Assembly (NCBI GenBank): GCA_965217865.1
Contig: CBDCJO010000002.1
Location: 736,001 to 800,000, forward strand
DNA from: Candidatus Latescibacterota bacterium
GTDB lineage: Bacteria; Latescibacterota; UBA2968; SICM01
DNA length: 64,000 nucleotides
Direction: 5' to 3'
Shown here one piece after another: positions 1 through 9,901 of the stretch. The notes below the pieces were generated by a model. That model had not been told where the DNA came from. It saw nothing but the letters and a program-made list of their open reading frames with translations, and ran no database searches. The stretch's first letter is position 1. The number at the start of each line of letters is the position of its first letter. Made by a program: the position numbers and the translations under genes.

Positions 1-494
1 ATCAGAAGGCCGATCGGAAGCAGCCAGTCGCTGTGTATAAACGTCCGCTTCACCAGCGCCTCAGAGCCCAGCGGCGGGGCGACCCAATGGGGGATTAAGT
101 GTGAGATCCCGAACTGCCGCGCGGCCTCCGACTGGACGAGATACTGGTTCCAGAGCAGTCCCTGGAAGGTCCCCGTCTCAGCCGCAATAAGAGACGCCGC
201 CACATAGAAGAGTACGTAGATCTCCTGCCTGGAGAGCGTCGTGAACGAACGTCTCGCGATCTCGATAAACAGGATGATCGTCACCCATTCCGCCGCCGCC
301 CCGAGAGACCCCCCGGTCATCAGCGACAGGTACATGTTCCCCGGCACCATCACCACCGAGATAAAAATCACGCCGAGGATCGTCCTGAGCGTGAACCCCT
401 CCCCGAATGACTTCGGCACCTCCATCAGGGAGCGGTATTCTTCGATCTCCGCATTCGGGTTGCGGACTTTCTTCGGATCTTTTTCAGGCGGCAT
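1..494 (-). CDS. OPT-like peptide transporter membrane protein, 5' part (runs off window start)
   Basis: Manual translation from ATG 494: MPPEKDPKK...EEYRSLMEVPKSFGEGFTLRTILGVIFISVVMVPGNMYLSLMTGGSLGAAAEWVTIILFIEIARRS... Hydrophobic helices, open to position 1, absent from the ORF track because truncated. Confidence 0.75.
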   Translation of the reverse strand, partial: MPPEKDPKKVRNPNAEIEEYRSLMEVPKSFGEGFTLRTILGVIFISVVMVPGNMYLSLMTGGSLGAAAEWVTIILFIEIARRSFTTLSRQEIYVLFYVAASLIAAETGTFQGLLWNQYLVQSEAARQFGISHLIPHWVAPPLGSEALVKRTFIHSDWLLPIGLL

Positions 495-553
495 CTCGAC
501 TCTCGCTTGAACGGTTGACGGTTAATGAATCCCGGTCGGAATATTCTGTGATA

Positions 554-3500
554 TTAATCTGCTGTTTCCAACGAATCTGCTTTGGCGTATTCGTCCCTGA
601 CCTGGTCCGACAGGGTCCGCCAGATCAAAAACTGCTTGCGAAGAAGCGTCAAAAACTGCCGGTTCGTCCGGATCCAGGCCTGCAACTCTCCGCTCATCCG
701 ATCCAACACCGTCTCGATCTCGTATATCCCATAACGACCCGTCGGCATCGCACGCAACACCGTCTCCTGGCTCACACCCATGTCGAACGGCGCAAGCCAC
801 GTCTGCATTTGGATCGTATAAGACGGACCCTCCGGCGTCTCCTCCTCCCGGAAGCTCACACCCTCCGCGTAAAACTCCCCCAGCGAATAGCGGCTGTAAG
901 CACGGAAATAGGTCGCCAAAAACGAAAACATACCCCGCACATCTCGACTCGAAACCGTAAACGGAAACTCGAACCGCCAGTGGTCTCCCTCCGGATCCGA
1001 CAACTCCCAACGGCGCATCACATCCGGAACCGCCATCTGTGAGGCCTTCTTCGAGGGATAAAGCGTCGAAAGCATCACCACACTCATCACCAGGCCCATC
1101 GCCATCACCGCAGACAACGACGAGTAGTTCAACGACAGCCCCTGCAACAATCCCGACTCGAAAAGAACCCGACCCACACCCTGTGCCACCAGATACCCCC
1201 CAACCGCTCCGATCACCGCATACACGCACGACTCCGCCATAAACAACATCCCGATGTGGGACGGCGCCAAGCCCACCGCCGAGTAGACCCCGATGTCCCG
1301 AAAACGCTCATACACGGCACCCATCATCGTGTTCAACACGATCAAGGCCGCAATCGCGATCGGAATCAGCAAAATCCCCAAACCCGATACAGACGTCATG
1401 CCGTGAGAGCTGAAGACAAACACCTCCGAAGGGCCGGACTCCTGCGGAATACTGCCGAACACCGTCAACTCCAGGCGCGATACGAAACTCTCAACCACCT
1501 TCCCAACGTCAACGCCTTCATCGAAACCTACGGCGATGGAACGAAGGTCACCCGTCCCTCCCCACCAGTTTCCGGTGCCCCCCATCTCCCGCATCATATG
1601 ATACGGCAGGAACAACACACGGCCCGGGTTCAGGTGCTTGTAGACGTGGATCCCCACCGTCGATCCCGCAGTCCGGCCGGACTGCTGCTGTGCGGCCCGC
1701 TGAGAAGTCGCTCCCTGCTGAAGCTGCTCCGCAAGCACATCCTCTGGAACCACCCCGAAGTCGACCGGCGTCAACGGCGCGCCGTCAAGATCCTCCAATC
1801 CCTTCAACCGCTCCGAATCCATGATCCCCACCACCGCAAGCTCTCGACCGAACACCCGAACCGTCGACCGGCCAACATCCTCCCCCGTGAGACCAAGATC
1901 TCCTGCCATGCTGTCCGGTATCACGCACTCCGCGTTCCCCGCGATCCAGCGACCCGAAGAAAGACAACTGTCGATCCCCGTGATCAATCGCTCCTCCGGA
2001 ACCATACCCACAACAGACGCCGCCTCTACGGACCGACCCCCCCCCTGGATCTTCGTCGCCTTCGTATACCACGCACGGGGAACGACCCGCCCGACGTCCC
2101 GAAACTCATCCGACGTATACTCCAATACCGAGTCGTCAAGCTCCTTCCAGGCCCCGTCCCGGATCATTGCACCCGCCCGGAACGGACCCTCTGTCCAGGG
2201 GATACGCATGTGACGAAGCATGAACTTCAACGACGTGAACGACATCACCGTGAACGTCAACAACAAGACCGTCACCAACGTCAAACTCGTCCGGAGCTTC
2301 CGACGACGCATGTTCGAAATCCCCAGCATAAACGCCACATAAAACGCACTCCCCCGCCCGATGTCCGTCCCGTGAGCCACCGCAGCATCCGTCCGCAACG
2401 CGCGCATCTGTGCGCTGAATCGGGAGGAAATCACCTTCAACACGAGCGTCGCAAGTGCGAGTATCAAAAACGCGACCAGCACAAGAGCCGGATTTGCGAG
2501 AGAAAAAGCAGGATGAACAACGCTCAGGCAAAACCACACAAAAAAGAAAAACCCGAAGAAACCCGCGATCTGCTTCCGGATGTCCGCAAACGCGAACACC
2601 AGACGCTCCGCGAAAAATGAACACGGGATCAGCATCGCCATGAAGAATACCACCCCGTGAATCACGTCGTTCTGTGTCCCCTTCACATCCGGATACGCCC
2701 GCGCCTCAGCCCCCTGAGCCGCTCTGGCGTTCTGGATAAATCCGCTCCACCGGCGTTCCTTCAACGCTTCCTCCGCCTCCCTCAGATGGCCCCCCGCCTT
2801 GTCGTGAAGCGCCGTCAAACGGGTGTTCTCGATCCCGTAGGACAGAAGCTCACGGATCCGGCCGTCGTCGACTCGCCACATGTCACGCGCAGCCTTGTAC
2901 GCCGTCTGCACGAACGCTGACGGAACCTCCGTCAGGAAACCCGCGCCATCACCCCCCTCGGGGTCCGCATTGACCAGGAGAAACCGCACGCCGAACAGAC
3001 CCGTCGAAAGCGTCAGCTTCACACGTTTGCCCGGCTCCGTAAATACCACACCCATCGTCGGCTCCTCCTCACGGTATTCCGGCCTGGCCGTTTCGAAAAA
3101 ATAACCGTAGTGAGCCGGGATCGAATTCCCCGCGTCCATGATCACGATGTCCGAAAGCCGCCCGAGCTGTCGGGGGTCCACCGTCTCGTAGAACGACGTC
3201 GGCACGCACCGGAACAGCACCACAAGCGGCTTCGTAATCGCCCGGCTTATGCGCGCGGAGATCGGATAGATATCCCCACCCCGGTCCGGAGCGGACATGA
3301 TGTCCCCCGACTCCGGGTCGAGCATAAAGGGATGCACCTCCATTTCGTACTCCCGGAACAGCCGGGTCACGCTGAACTCCCCGTTTTCGTCCGCGACCTC
3401 GATATAATCCCCGCGAACCCCTTTGTGGACCTTCGACTCACGGCCTGAACGGAGAACAACCACAGCCCCACCCATCTTGATGTCCGGGATGATGGCATAA

Positions 3501-5083
3501 CGGGAAAACGCCTTCACCCGCCCCTCGATCGCCCATGCCGTATCGGTGAGATCAAGGTTGATGACATCGTCAAGGGCATCCTTGTTGTTCAGGACCTGCG
3601 TCAGCATTCCCCCAAGGAACACGAGCTGCGTCCGGAGGTTGTCGAAACTGACCCCTTCGATCCGGTCCAGCGGGGAGTCCACACCCATCCGGGCGTCGTA
3701 GGAAGTGATCAAAGACAGCGCGGGAGTCCCGCACGCGAGCGCATACTCGCTCTCGATCGGAAGCGGACGGCCGGAAATCACCTTTGCAAAGGCCCTATCG
3801 CTCTGCATGGAGGCGATCACGTTGGCGAACATGTCCTCGGGATCGCGTTCCATCTTCGTGGAAACGGTCTCTGCGATCTTCGAAAGGCGTCTGCCCAGAG
3901 ACACTCCGAAGAAATGCTTTTCCCGGGTGAATCCGGAGGCGCCCATGCCCTCCCTGGAGTCCCATACCGTAAGCCCGTCGTTGCCGCTCGACAGGTCCAG
4001 GCCCAGGAACAGCTTCGGGAACACACGCTCCTTGACGCCTTCTACGAACTCGTCTTTCTTCCGGCTGTGACGCTGCATGTACGCGTCGATCCCACGGAGG
4101 TTCTGGCAGTGACCCGACGTCGCCAGGAACAAGACCGTCCGCCCAGGAGGATGTGTGCGAAGCATCTCCCCCAGCTCAAGCAAACCCGCGATACTGCAAG
4201 CCATCTCCGCCGCAGGCGCAAGGCTGGGCACAACCGACATCCCATCGTAATAGGCCGAGAGCATCACCTCCTGATCCCTCAGATCCGGATCCGATCCCGG
4301 AAACGTCCCCACAACGTTGTAGCCCTCCCGGACCTCCCAGTCCATACGACCCTTCACCTCAACCTCTAAGCCCTCATCCGCAAGGCCCCTCAAACGCTCT
4401 CCCGCCTCGCGGTCCACGTAAAACCGCGGCATCGCAACCGGAACCTCGGCGAACTTGCCCTCCGCCTCGCCCGATGTCGTCCGTTCCGGCGCGATGAACA
4501 CGACCGCACCTGCATCCAGAATCCCAGCGTTAATCCACCGACCCCCGCTGTTGAAATCCATCAAAACCACGTTCCCCGACACATCCTGTCCGTCGAAATC
4601 CGAAAACTCTCCGTCCCCCGCGTAGATCAAGCGGCCCCGGACCCCCGGCGTCGTCGGCGTCCGAACCACGTTCGGCCAGACGCATCGGAGCGGGATCTCC
4701 TCCCCGGACTCCAAAAGCAGAAGGGACGCACCCTTGTCCATCGGCACCGTCACTTGAAACGGCTCCTGGTGAACGTCCTGCATCCCAAGCCGGAGAAACT
4801 CCGCCTCCAGGAAGTCCGCCGACGCCTTGGCACCCGGATATCCCGTCACGCGAGAACCCACCGACGACAGACGGCCGACCGTGGAACGCATCCGATCCAC
4901 CGATACCTCAGGGAGAAAGACACCTTCCGTCGAGATCTCCTTGTCCTGCTTCCCCGACCCGATCGAGGACAATCCCCGAAAAAACTGGACCAGACCGACC
5001 ATCGCGGCCACCAGGACGGCGACAAGGACGAAGGTGAAAAAGACACGAAGCGTTGTGGAAAGAGAGGTCGTCATAGCAAACAT
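554..5083 (-). CDS. Large membrane protein: PA/M28-peptidase-like domain fused to FtsX/MacB-like permease (paralog 1)
   Basis: 1509 aa. N-terminal TM, SRVTGYPG, PA-like segment, M28-like SAYYDG, central TMs, NMRRRKLRTSLT and AVYERFRDIGVYSAVGL (FtsX-type motifs). Start may be 5074. Confidence 0.8.
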   Translation of the reverse strand: MFAMTTSLSTTLRVFFTFVLVAVLVAAMVGLVQFFRGLSSIGSGKQDKEISTEGVFLPEVSVDRMRSTVGRLSSVGSRVTGYPGAKASADFLEAEFLRLGMQDVHQEPFQVTVPMDKGASLLLLESGEEIPLRCVWPNVVRTPTTPGVRGRLIYAGDGEFSDFDGQDVSGNVVLMDFNSGGRWINAGILDAGAVVFIAPERTTSGEAEGKFAEVPVAMPRFYVDREAGERLRGLADEGLEVEVKGRMDWEVREGYNVVGTFPGSDPDLRDQEVMLSAYYDGMSVVPSLAPAAEMACSIAGLLELGEMLRTHPPGRTVLFLATSGHCQNLRGIDAYMQRHSRKKDEFVEGVKERVFPKLFLGLDLSSGNDGLTVWDSREGMGASGFTREKHFFGVSLGRRLSKIAETVSTKMERDPEDMFANVIASMQSDRAFAKVISGRPLPIESEYALACGTPALSLITSYDARMGVDSPLDRIEGVSFDNLRTQLVFLGGMLTQVLNNKDALDDVINLDLTDTAWAIEGRVKAFSRYAIIPDIKMGGAVVVLRSGRESKVHKGVRGDYIEVADENGEFSVTRLFREYEMEVHPFMLDPESGDIMSAPDRGGDIYPISARISRAITKPLVVLFRCVPTSFYETVDPRQLGRLSDIVIMDAGNSIPAHYGYFFETARPEYREEEPTMGVVFTEPGKRVKLTLSTGLFGVRFLLVNADPEGGDGAGFLTEVPSAFVQTAYKAARDMWRVDDGRIRELLSYGIENTRLTALHDKAGGHLREAEEALKERRWSGFIQNARAAQGAEARAYPDVKGTQNDVIHGVVFFMAMLIPCSFFAERLVFAFADIRKQIAGFFGFFFFVWFCLSVVHPAFSLANPALVLVAFLILALATLVLKVISSRFSAQMRALRTDAAVAHGTDIGRGSAFYVAFMLGISNMRRRKLRTSLTLVTVLLLTFTVMSFTSLKFMLRHMRIPWTEGPFRAGAMIRDGAWKELDDSVLEYTSDEFRDVGRVVPRAWYTKATKIQGGGRSVEAASVVGMVPEERLITGIDSCLSSGRWIAGNAECVIPDSMAGDLGLTGEDVGRSTVRVFGRELAVVGIMDSERLKGLEDLDGAPLTPVDFGVVPEDVLAEQLQQGATSQRAAQQQSGRTAGSTVGIHVYKHLNPGRVLFLPYHMMREMGGTGNWWGGTGDLRSIAVGFDEGVDVGKVVESFVSRLELTVFGSIPQESGPSEVFVFSSHGMTSVSGLGILLIPIAIAALIVLNTMMGAVYERFRDIGVYSAVGLAPSHIGMLFMAESCVYAVIGAVGGYLVAQGVGRVLFESGLLQGLSLNYSSLSAVMAMGLVMSVVMLSTLYPSKKASQMAVPDVMRRWELSDPEGDHWRFEFPFTVSSRDVRGMFSFLATYFRAYSRYSLGEFYAEGVSFREEETPEGPSYTIQMQTWLAPFDMGVSQETVLRAMPTGRYGIYEIETVLDRMSGELQAWIRTNRQFLTLLRKQFLIWRTLSDQVRDEYAKADSLETAD
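588..2938 (+). repeat. ~2.35 kb near-identical direct repeat, copy 1 (3' half of paralog 1)
   Basis: Matches 5265-7618 at offset 4677, then 4680 after a 3-nt indel near 1555/6235. Confidence 0.9.
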
Positions 5084-5224
5084 CGCTTCACAATTTTAAA
5101 GGCCTGGGGAAGGCCTTTAACGAACCTAATCGAATCTTGTATTGAGCTCTGTCGGAATGTTCTGCGCATCTGGACGAATTTACGAATTATTCGGGCACAT
5201 TACCAAATTTTTTTCCTTCAAGCT

Positions 5225-8200
5225 TCAACAATGCGGTCTCGATCCGAATCCGCCTTTTTTGGCATATTCGTCCCTGACCTGGTCCGACAGGGTCCGCCAG
5301 ATCAAAAACTGCTTGCGAAGAAGCGTCAAAAACTGCCGGTTCGTCCGGATCCAGGCCTGCAACTCTCCGCTCATCCGATCCAACACCGTCTCGATCTCGT
5401 ATATCCCATAACGACCCGTCGGCATCGCACGCAACACCGTCTCCTGGCTCACACCCATGTCGAACGGCGCAAGCCACGTCTGCATTTGGATCGTATAAGA
5501 CGGACCCTCCGGCGTCTCCTCCTCCCGGAAGCTCACACCCTCCGCGTAAAACTCCCCCAGCGAATAGCGGCTGTAAGCACGGAAATAGGTCGCCAAAAAC
5601 GAAAACATACCCCGCACATCTCGACTCGAAACCGTAAACGGAAACTCGAACCGCCAGTGGTCTCCCTCCGGATCCGACAACTCCCAACGGCGCATCACAT
5701 CCGGAACCGCCATCTGTGAGGCCTTCTTCGAGGGATAAAGCGTCGAAAGCATCACCACACTCATCACCAGGCCCATCGCCATCACCGCAGACAACGACGA
5801 GTAGTTCAACGACAGCCCCTGCAACAATCCCGACTCGAAAAGAACCCGACCCACACCCTGTGCCACCAGATACCCCCCAACCGCTCCGATCACCGCATAC
5901 ACGCACGACTCCGCCATAAACAACATCCCGATGTGGGACGGCGCCAAGCCCACCGCCGAGTAGACCCCGATGTCCCGAAAACGCTCATACACGGCACCCA
6001 TCATCGTGTTCAACACGATCAAGGCCGCAATCGCGATCGGAATCAGCAAAATCCCCAAACCCGATACAGACGTCATGCCGTGAGAGCTGAAGACAAACAC
6101 CTCCGAAGGGCCGGACTCCTGCGGAATACTGCCGAACACCGTCAACTCCAGGCGCGATACGAAACTCTCAACCACCTTCCCAACGTCAACGCCTTCATCG
6201 AAACCTACGGCGATGGAACGAAGGTCACCCGTCGTGCCGCCCAACCAGTGGCCCACTCTCCCCATCTCCCGCATCAAATGATACGGCAGGAACAACACAC
6301 GGCCCGGGTTCAGGTGCTTGTAGACGTGGATCCCCACCGTCGATCCCGCAGTCCGGCCGGACTGCTGCTGTGCGGCCCGCTGAGAAGTCGCTCCCTGCTG
6401 AAGCTGCTCCGCAAGCACATCCTCTGGAACCACCCCGAAGTCGACCGGCGTCAACGGCGCGCCGTCAAGATCCTCCAATCCCTTCAACCGCTCCGAATCC
6501 ATGATCCCCACCACCGCAAGCTCTCGACCGAACACCCGAACCGTCGACCGGCCAACATCCTCCCCCGTGAGACCAAGATCTCCTGCCATGCTGTCCGGTA
6601 TCACGCACTCCGCGTTCCCCGCGATCCAGCGACCCGAAGAAAGACAACTGTCGATCCCCGTGATCAATCGCTCCTCCGGAACCATACCCACAACAGACGC
6701 CGCCTCTACGGACCGACCCCCCCCCTGGATCTTCGTCGCCTTCGTATACCACGCACGGGGAACGACCCGCCCGACGTCCCGAAACTCATCCGACGTATAC
6801 TCCAATACCGAGTCGTCAAGCTCCTTCCAGGCCCCGTCCCGGATCATTGCACCCGCCCGGAACGGACCCTCTGTCCAGGGGATACGCATGTGACGAAGCA
6901 TGAACTTCAACGACGTGAACGACATCACCGTGAACGTCAACAACAAGACCGTCACCAACGTCAAACTCGTCCGGAGCTTCCGACGACGCATGTTCGAAAT
7001 CCCCAGCATAAACGCCACATAAAACGCACTCCCCCGCCCAATGTCCGTCCCGTGAGCCACCGCAGCATCCGTCCGCAACGCGCGCATCTGTGCGCTGAAT
7101 CGGGAGGAAATCACCTTCAACACGAGCGTCGCAAGTGCGAGTATCAAAAACGCGACCAGCACAAGAGCCGGATTTGCGAGAGAAAAAGCAGGATGAACAA
7201 CGCTCAGGCAAAACCACACAAAAAAGAAAAACCCGAAGAAACCCGCGATCTGCTTCCGGATGTCCGCAAACGCGAACACCAGACGCTCCGCGAAAAATGA
7301 ACACGGGATCAGCATCGCCATGAAGAATACCACCCCGTGAATCACGTCGTTCTGTGTCCCCTTCACATCCGGATACGCCCGCGCCTCAGCCCCCTGAGCC
7401 GCTCTGGCGTTCTGGATAAATCCGCTCCACCGGCGTTCCTTCAACGCTTCCTCCGCCTCCCTCAGATGGCCCCCCGCCTTGTCGTGAAGCGCCGTCAAAC
7501 GGGTGTTCTCGATCCCGTAGGACAGAAGCTCACGGATCCGGCCGTCGTCGACTCGCCACATGTCACGCGCAGCCTTGTACGCCGTCTGCACGAACGCTGA
7601 CGGAACCTCCGTCAGGAATCCCGCCCCATCACCCCCCTCAGGATCCGCGTTGACCAGGAAAAAGCGCACGCCGAACAGACCCGTCGAAAGCGTCAGCTTC
7701 ACACGCTTGCCCGGCTCCGTAAATACCACACCCATCGTCGGCTCCTCCTCCCGATAATGGGCTCTTGCCGTTTCGAAAAAATATCCATAATGCTGGGGGA
7801 CCGAATTCCCCGCGTCCATAACCACGATGTCCGAAAGCCGCCCAAGCTGTCGGGGGTCCACCGTCTCGTAGAACGACGTCGGAACGCACCGGAACAGCAC
7901 CACAAGCGGCTTCTCAAGCCCCCATTTGGTTTTAACCTCGATCGGGTAGTCCGCTCCCCGGTCCGGGGCGTGGGTGATCTCCCCGGTGACCGGGTTTCGC
8001 AAGAAGGGGTGTATCTCCAGCGGCCAGTACTCCCGGAAAATCCGGGTAACCTTGAAGATCCCGTGTTCGTTCGCCAGCTCGAAGAACTCCCCCCGCACCC
8101 CCTTGGCGGACTTCGACTCCCGGCCCGATCGTACGGCCACGATCGCCCCACCCATTTCGATGTCGGGTGTGATCGCGTACCGGGAGAACCCCTTCACACG

Positions 8201-9751
8201 CCCCTCAACCCCCCAGGAATCGTCTTTCATCTCCAGGTTGAGAACGTCGCCGAGCGCATCCGCCTTATTCAGGACCTGTGATACCAACCCCCCGATGAAG
8301 ACCAGCTGCGTCCGGAGGTTGTCGAAATTGACCCCTTCGATCCGGTCCAGCGGAGAATCCACATCCAGACGGGCGTCGTAGGAGGTGATCAAAGACAGCG
8401 CAGGGGTACCGCACGCGAGCGCATACTCGCTCTCGATCGGAAGCGGACGGCCCGGAATCAGCTCCCCCCAGGACTGGTCGCTCTGCTGTGAAGCGATCAC
8501 ATTGGCGAACACGTCCTCCAACTCGCGTCCCATCCCGGCAGCAACCTCCTCCGCCATCGATGCCAAACGGCGTCCCAACGACACACCGAAGAAATTCTTC
8601 GCGCGCGAGAACTGAGTGGCGCCCATCTTCTCCCTGGTATCCCAGGCCGCCAGCCCATCGTTGCCGCTCGACAGGTCCAGACCCAGGAACAGCTTCGGAA
8701 ACACAGGCTCGATTACGCTTTCTAGGAACGGTTCTTTCTTCCGGCTGTGACGCTGCATGTACGCGTCGACCCCACGGAGGTTCTGGCAGTGACCCGACGT
8801 CGCCAGAAACAGAACCGTCCGCGCAGGGGGATGCGCGCGAAGCATCTCCCCCAGCTCAAGCAAACCCGCGATACCGCAAGCCATCTCCGCCGCAGGCGCA
8901 AGGGAGGGCACAACCGACATCCCATCGTAATAGGCCGAGAGCATCACCTCCTGATCCCTCAGATCCGGATCCGATCCCGGTAACCTCCCCACAACGTTGT
9001 AGCCCCTCCGGACCTCCCAGTCCATACGACCCTTCACCTCAACCTCTAAGCCTCCATCCGCAAGGCCCCTCAAACGCTCTCCCGCATCCCGGTCCACGTA
9101 AAACCGCGGCATCGCAACCGGAACCTCGGCGAACTTGCCCTCCGCCTGACCTGTCGTCGTGCTTTCGGGCGCGATGAAAACGACCGCACCGGCCCCCAGA
9201 ATCCCCGCATTAATCCACCGGCCCCCGCTGTTGAAGTCCATCAAAACCACGTTCCCCGAGACATCATGTCCGTCGAAACCCGAAAACTCTCCGTCCCCCA
9301 CGTAGATCAGGCGGCCCCGGACCCCCGGCGTCGTCGGTGTCCGAACCAAATTGGGCCAGACGCACCGGAGCTGGATCTCCTCCCCGGACTCCAAAAGACG
9401 AAGGGACGCACCCTTGTCCACCGGAACCGTCACATCAAACGCCTCCTGGTGAACGTCCTGCATTCCCAGCCGGAGAAACTCCGATTCCAGGAAGTCCGCC
9501 GACGCCTTGGCACCCGGATATCCCGTCACCCGCGAACCGACCGACGACAGACGGGCGACCGTGGAACGCAACCGATCCACCGACACCTCAGGGAGAAAGA
9601 CATCCACCCCGATATGGGCGGCCTTCTTCTCCTCGGACCGATAGGTCCAACTCCTGAAGAAATGGACCAGTCCCACGAGGACGCCGAACAGAACGACCCC
9701 TATGGCGATCGTGGAAAGGATTTTCGGGAAATGTGATTGGGATGTCGACAT
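5225..9751 (-). CDS. M28-like/FtsX fusion membrane protein (paralog 2)
   Basis: 1508 aa, same architecture; C-terminal half nearly identical to paralog 1. Confidence 0.8.
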   Translation of the reverse strand: MSTSQSHFPKILSTIAIGVVLFGVLVGLVHFFRSWTYRSEEKKAAHIGVDVFLPEVSVDRLRSTVARLSSVGSRVTGYPGAKASADFLESEFLRLGMQDVHQEAFDVTVPVDKGASLRLLESGEEIQLRCVWPNLVRTPTTPGVRGRLIYVGDGEFSGFDGHDVSGNVVLMDFNSGGRWINAGILGAGAVVFIAPESTTTGQAEGKFAEVPVAMPRFYVDRDAGERLRGLADGGLEVEVKGRMDWEVRRGYNVVGRLPGSDPDLRDQEVMLSAYYDGMSVVPSLAPAAEMACGIAGLLELGEMLRAHPPARTVLFLATSGHCQNLRGVDAYMQRHSRKKEPFLESVIEPVFPKLFLGLDLSSGNDGLAAWDTREKMGATQFSRAKNFFGVSLGRRLASMAEEVAAGMGRELEDVFANVIASQQSDQSWGELIPGRPLPIESEYALACGTPALSLITSYDARLDVDSPLDRIEGVNFDNLRTQLVFIGGLVSQVLNKADALGDVLNLEMKDDSWGVEGRVKGFSRYAITPDIEMGGAIVAVRSGRESKSAKGVRGEFFELANEHGIFKVTRIFREYWPLEIHPFLRNPVTGEITHAPDRGADYPIEVKTKWGLEKPLVVLFRCVPTSFYETVDPRQLGRLSDIVVMDAGNSVPQHYGYFFETARAHYREEEPTMGVVFTEPGKRVKLTLSTGLFGVRFFLVNADPEGGDGAGFLTEVPSAFVQTAYKAARDMWRVDDGRIRELLSYGIENTRLTALHDKAGGHLREAEEALKERRWSGFIQNARAAQGAEARAYPDVKGTQNDVIHGVVFFMAMLIPCSFFAERLVFAFADIRKQIAGFFGFFFFVWFCLSVVHPAFSLANPALVLVAFLILALATLVLKVISSRFSAQMRALRTDAAVAHGTDIGRGSAFYVAFMLGISNMRRRKLRTSLTLVTVLLLTFTVMSFTSLKFMLRHMRIPWTEGPFRAGAMIRDGAWKELDDSVLEYTSDEFRDVGRVVPRAWYTKATKIQGGGRSVEAASVVGMVPEERLITGIDSCLSSGRWIAGNAECVIPDSMAGDLGLTGEDVGRSTVRVFGRELAVVGIMDSERLKGLEDLDGAPLTPVDFGVVPEDVLAEQLQQGATSQRAAQQQSGRTAGSTVGIHVYKHLNPGRVLFLPYHLMREMGRVGHWLGGTTGDLRSIAVGFDEGVDVGKVVESFVSRLELTVFGSIPQESGPSEVFVFSSHGMTSVSGLGILLIPIAIAALIVLNTMMGAVYERFRDIGVYSAVGLAPSHIGMLFMAESCVYAVIGAVGGYLVAQGVGRVLFESGLLQGLSLNYSSLSAVMAMGLVMSVVMLSTLYPSKKASQMAVPDVMRRWELSDPEGDHWRFEFPFTVSSRDVRGMFSFLATYFRAYSRYSLGEFYAEGVSFREEETPEGPSYTIQMQTWLAPFDMGVSQETVLRAMPTGRYGIYEIETVLDRMSGELQAWIRTNRQFLTLLRKQFLIWRTLSDQVRDEYAKKGGFGSRPHC
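5265..7618 (+). repeat. ~2.35 kb near-identical direct repeat, copy 2
   Basis: See copy 1; the shadow ORFs in the ORF track are duplicated too. Confidence 0.9.
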
Positions 9752-9770
9752 TCGGATAATTGGGAAGGGA

Positions 9771-9875
9771 GGACCCCTCCCCCCGACCTCTCCCCTAAAG
9801 GAGAGGGGAGATCATGTGTTTGAATTTCGGTGAAATAAAGGCCATATCCCCCTTCCCTAAAGGGAAGGGGGTTTG
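9771..9875 (+). repeat. Hairpin-bounded ~105 bp dispersed element (family B, empty copy)
   Basis: GGACCCCTCCCCCCGACCTCTCCCCTAAAGGAGAGGGGAG...CCCCCTTCCCTAAAGGGAAGGGGG; inverted homolog at 56957-57074 and matching arms around the DUF559 gene. Confidence 0.75.
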
Positions 9876-9901
9876 ATTTTTGCCTTTGCACTTTTTATTT
9901 T

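Noticed and set aside
1553-6277. DGR template/variable repeat pair in the duplicated genes
   Set aside because: Differences include an indel and non-adenine positions, and no reverse transcriptase is in the window.
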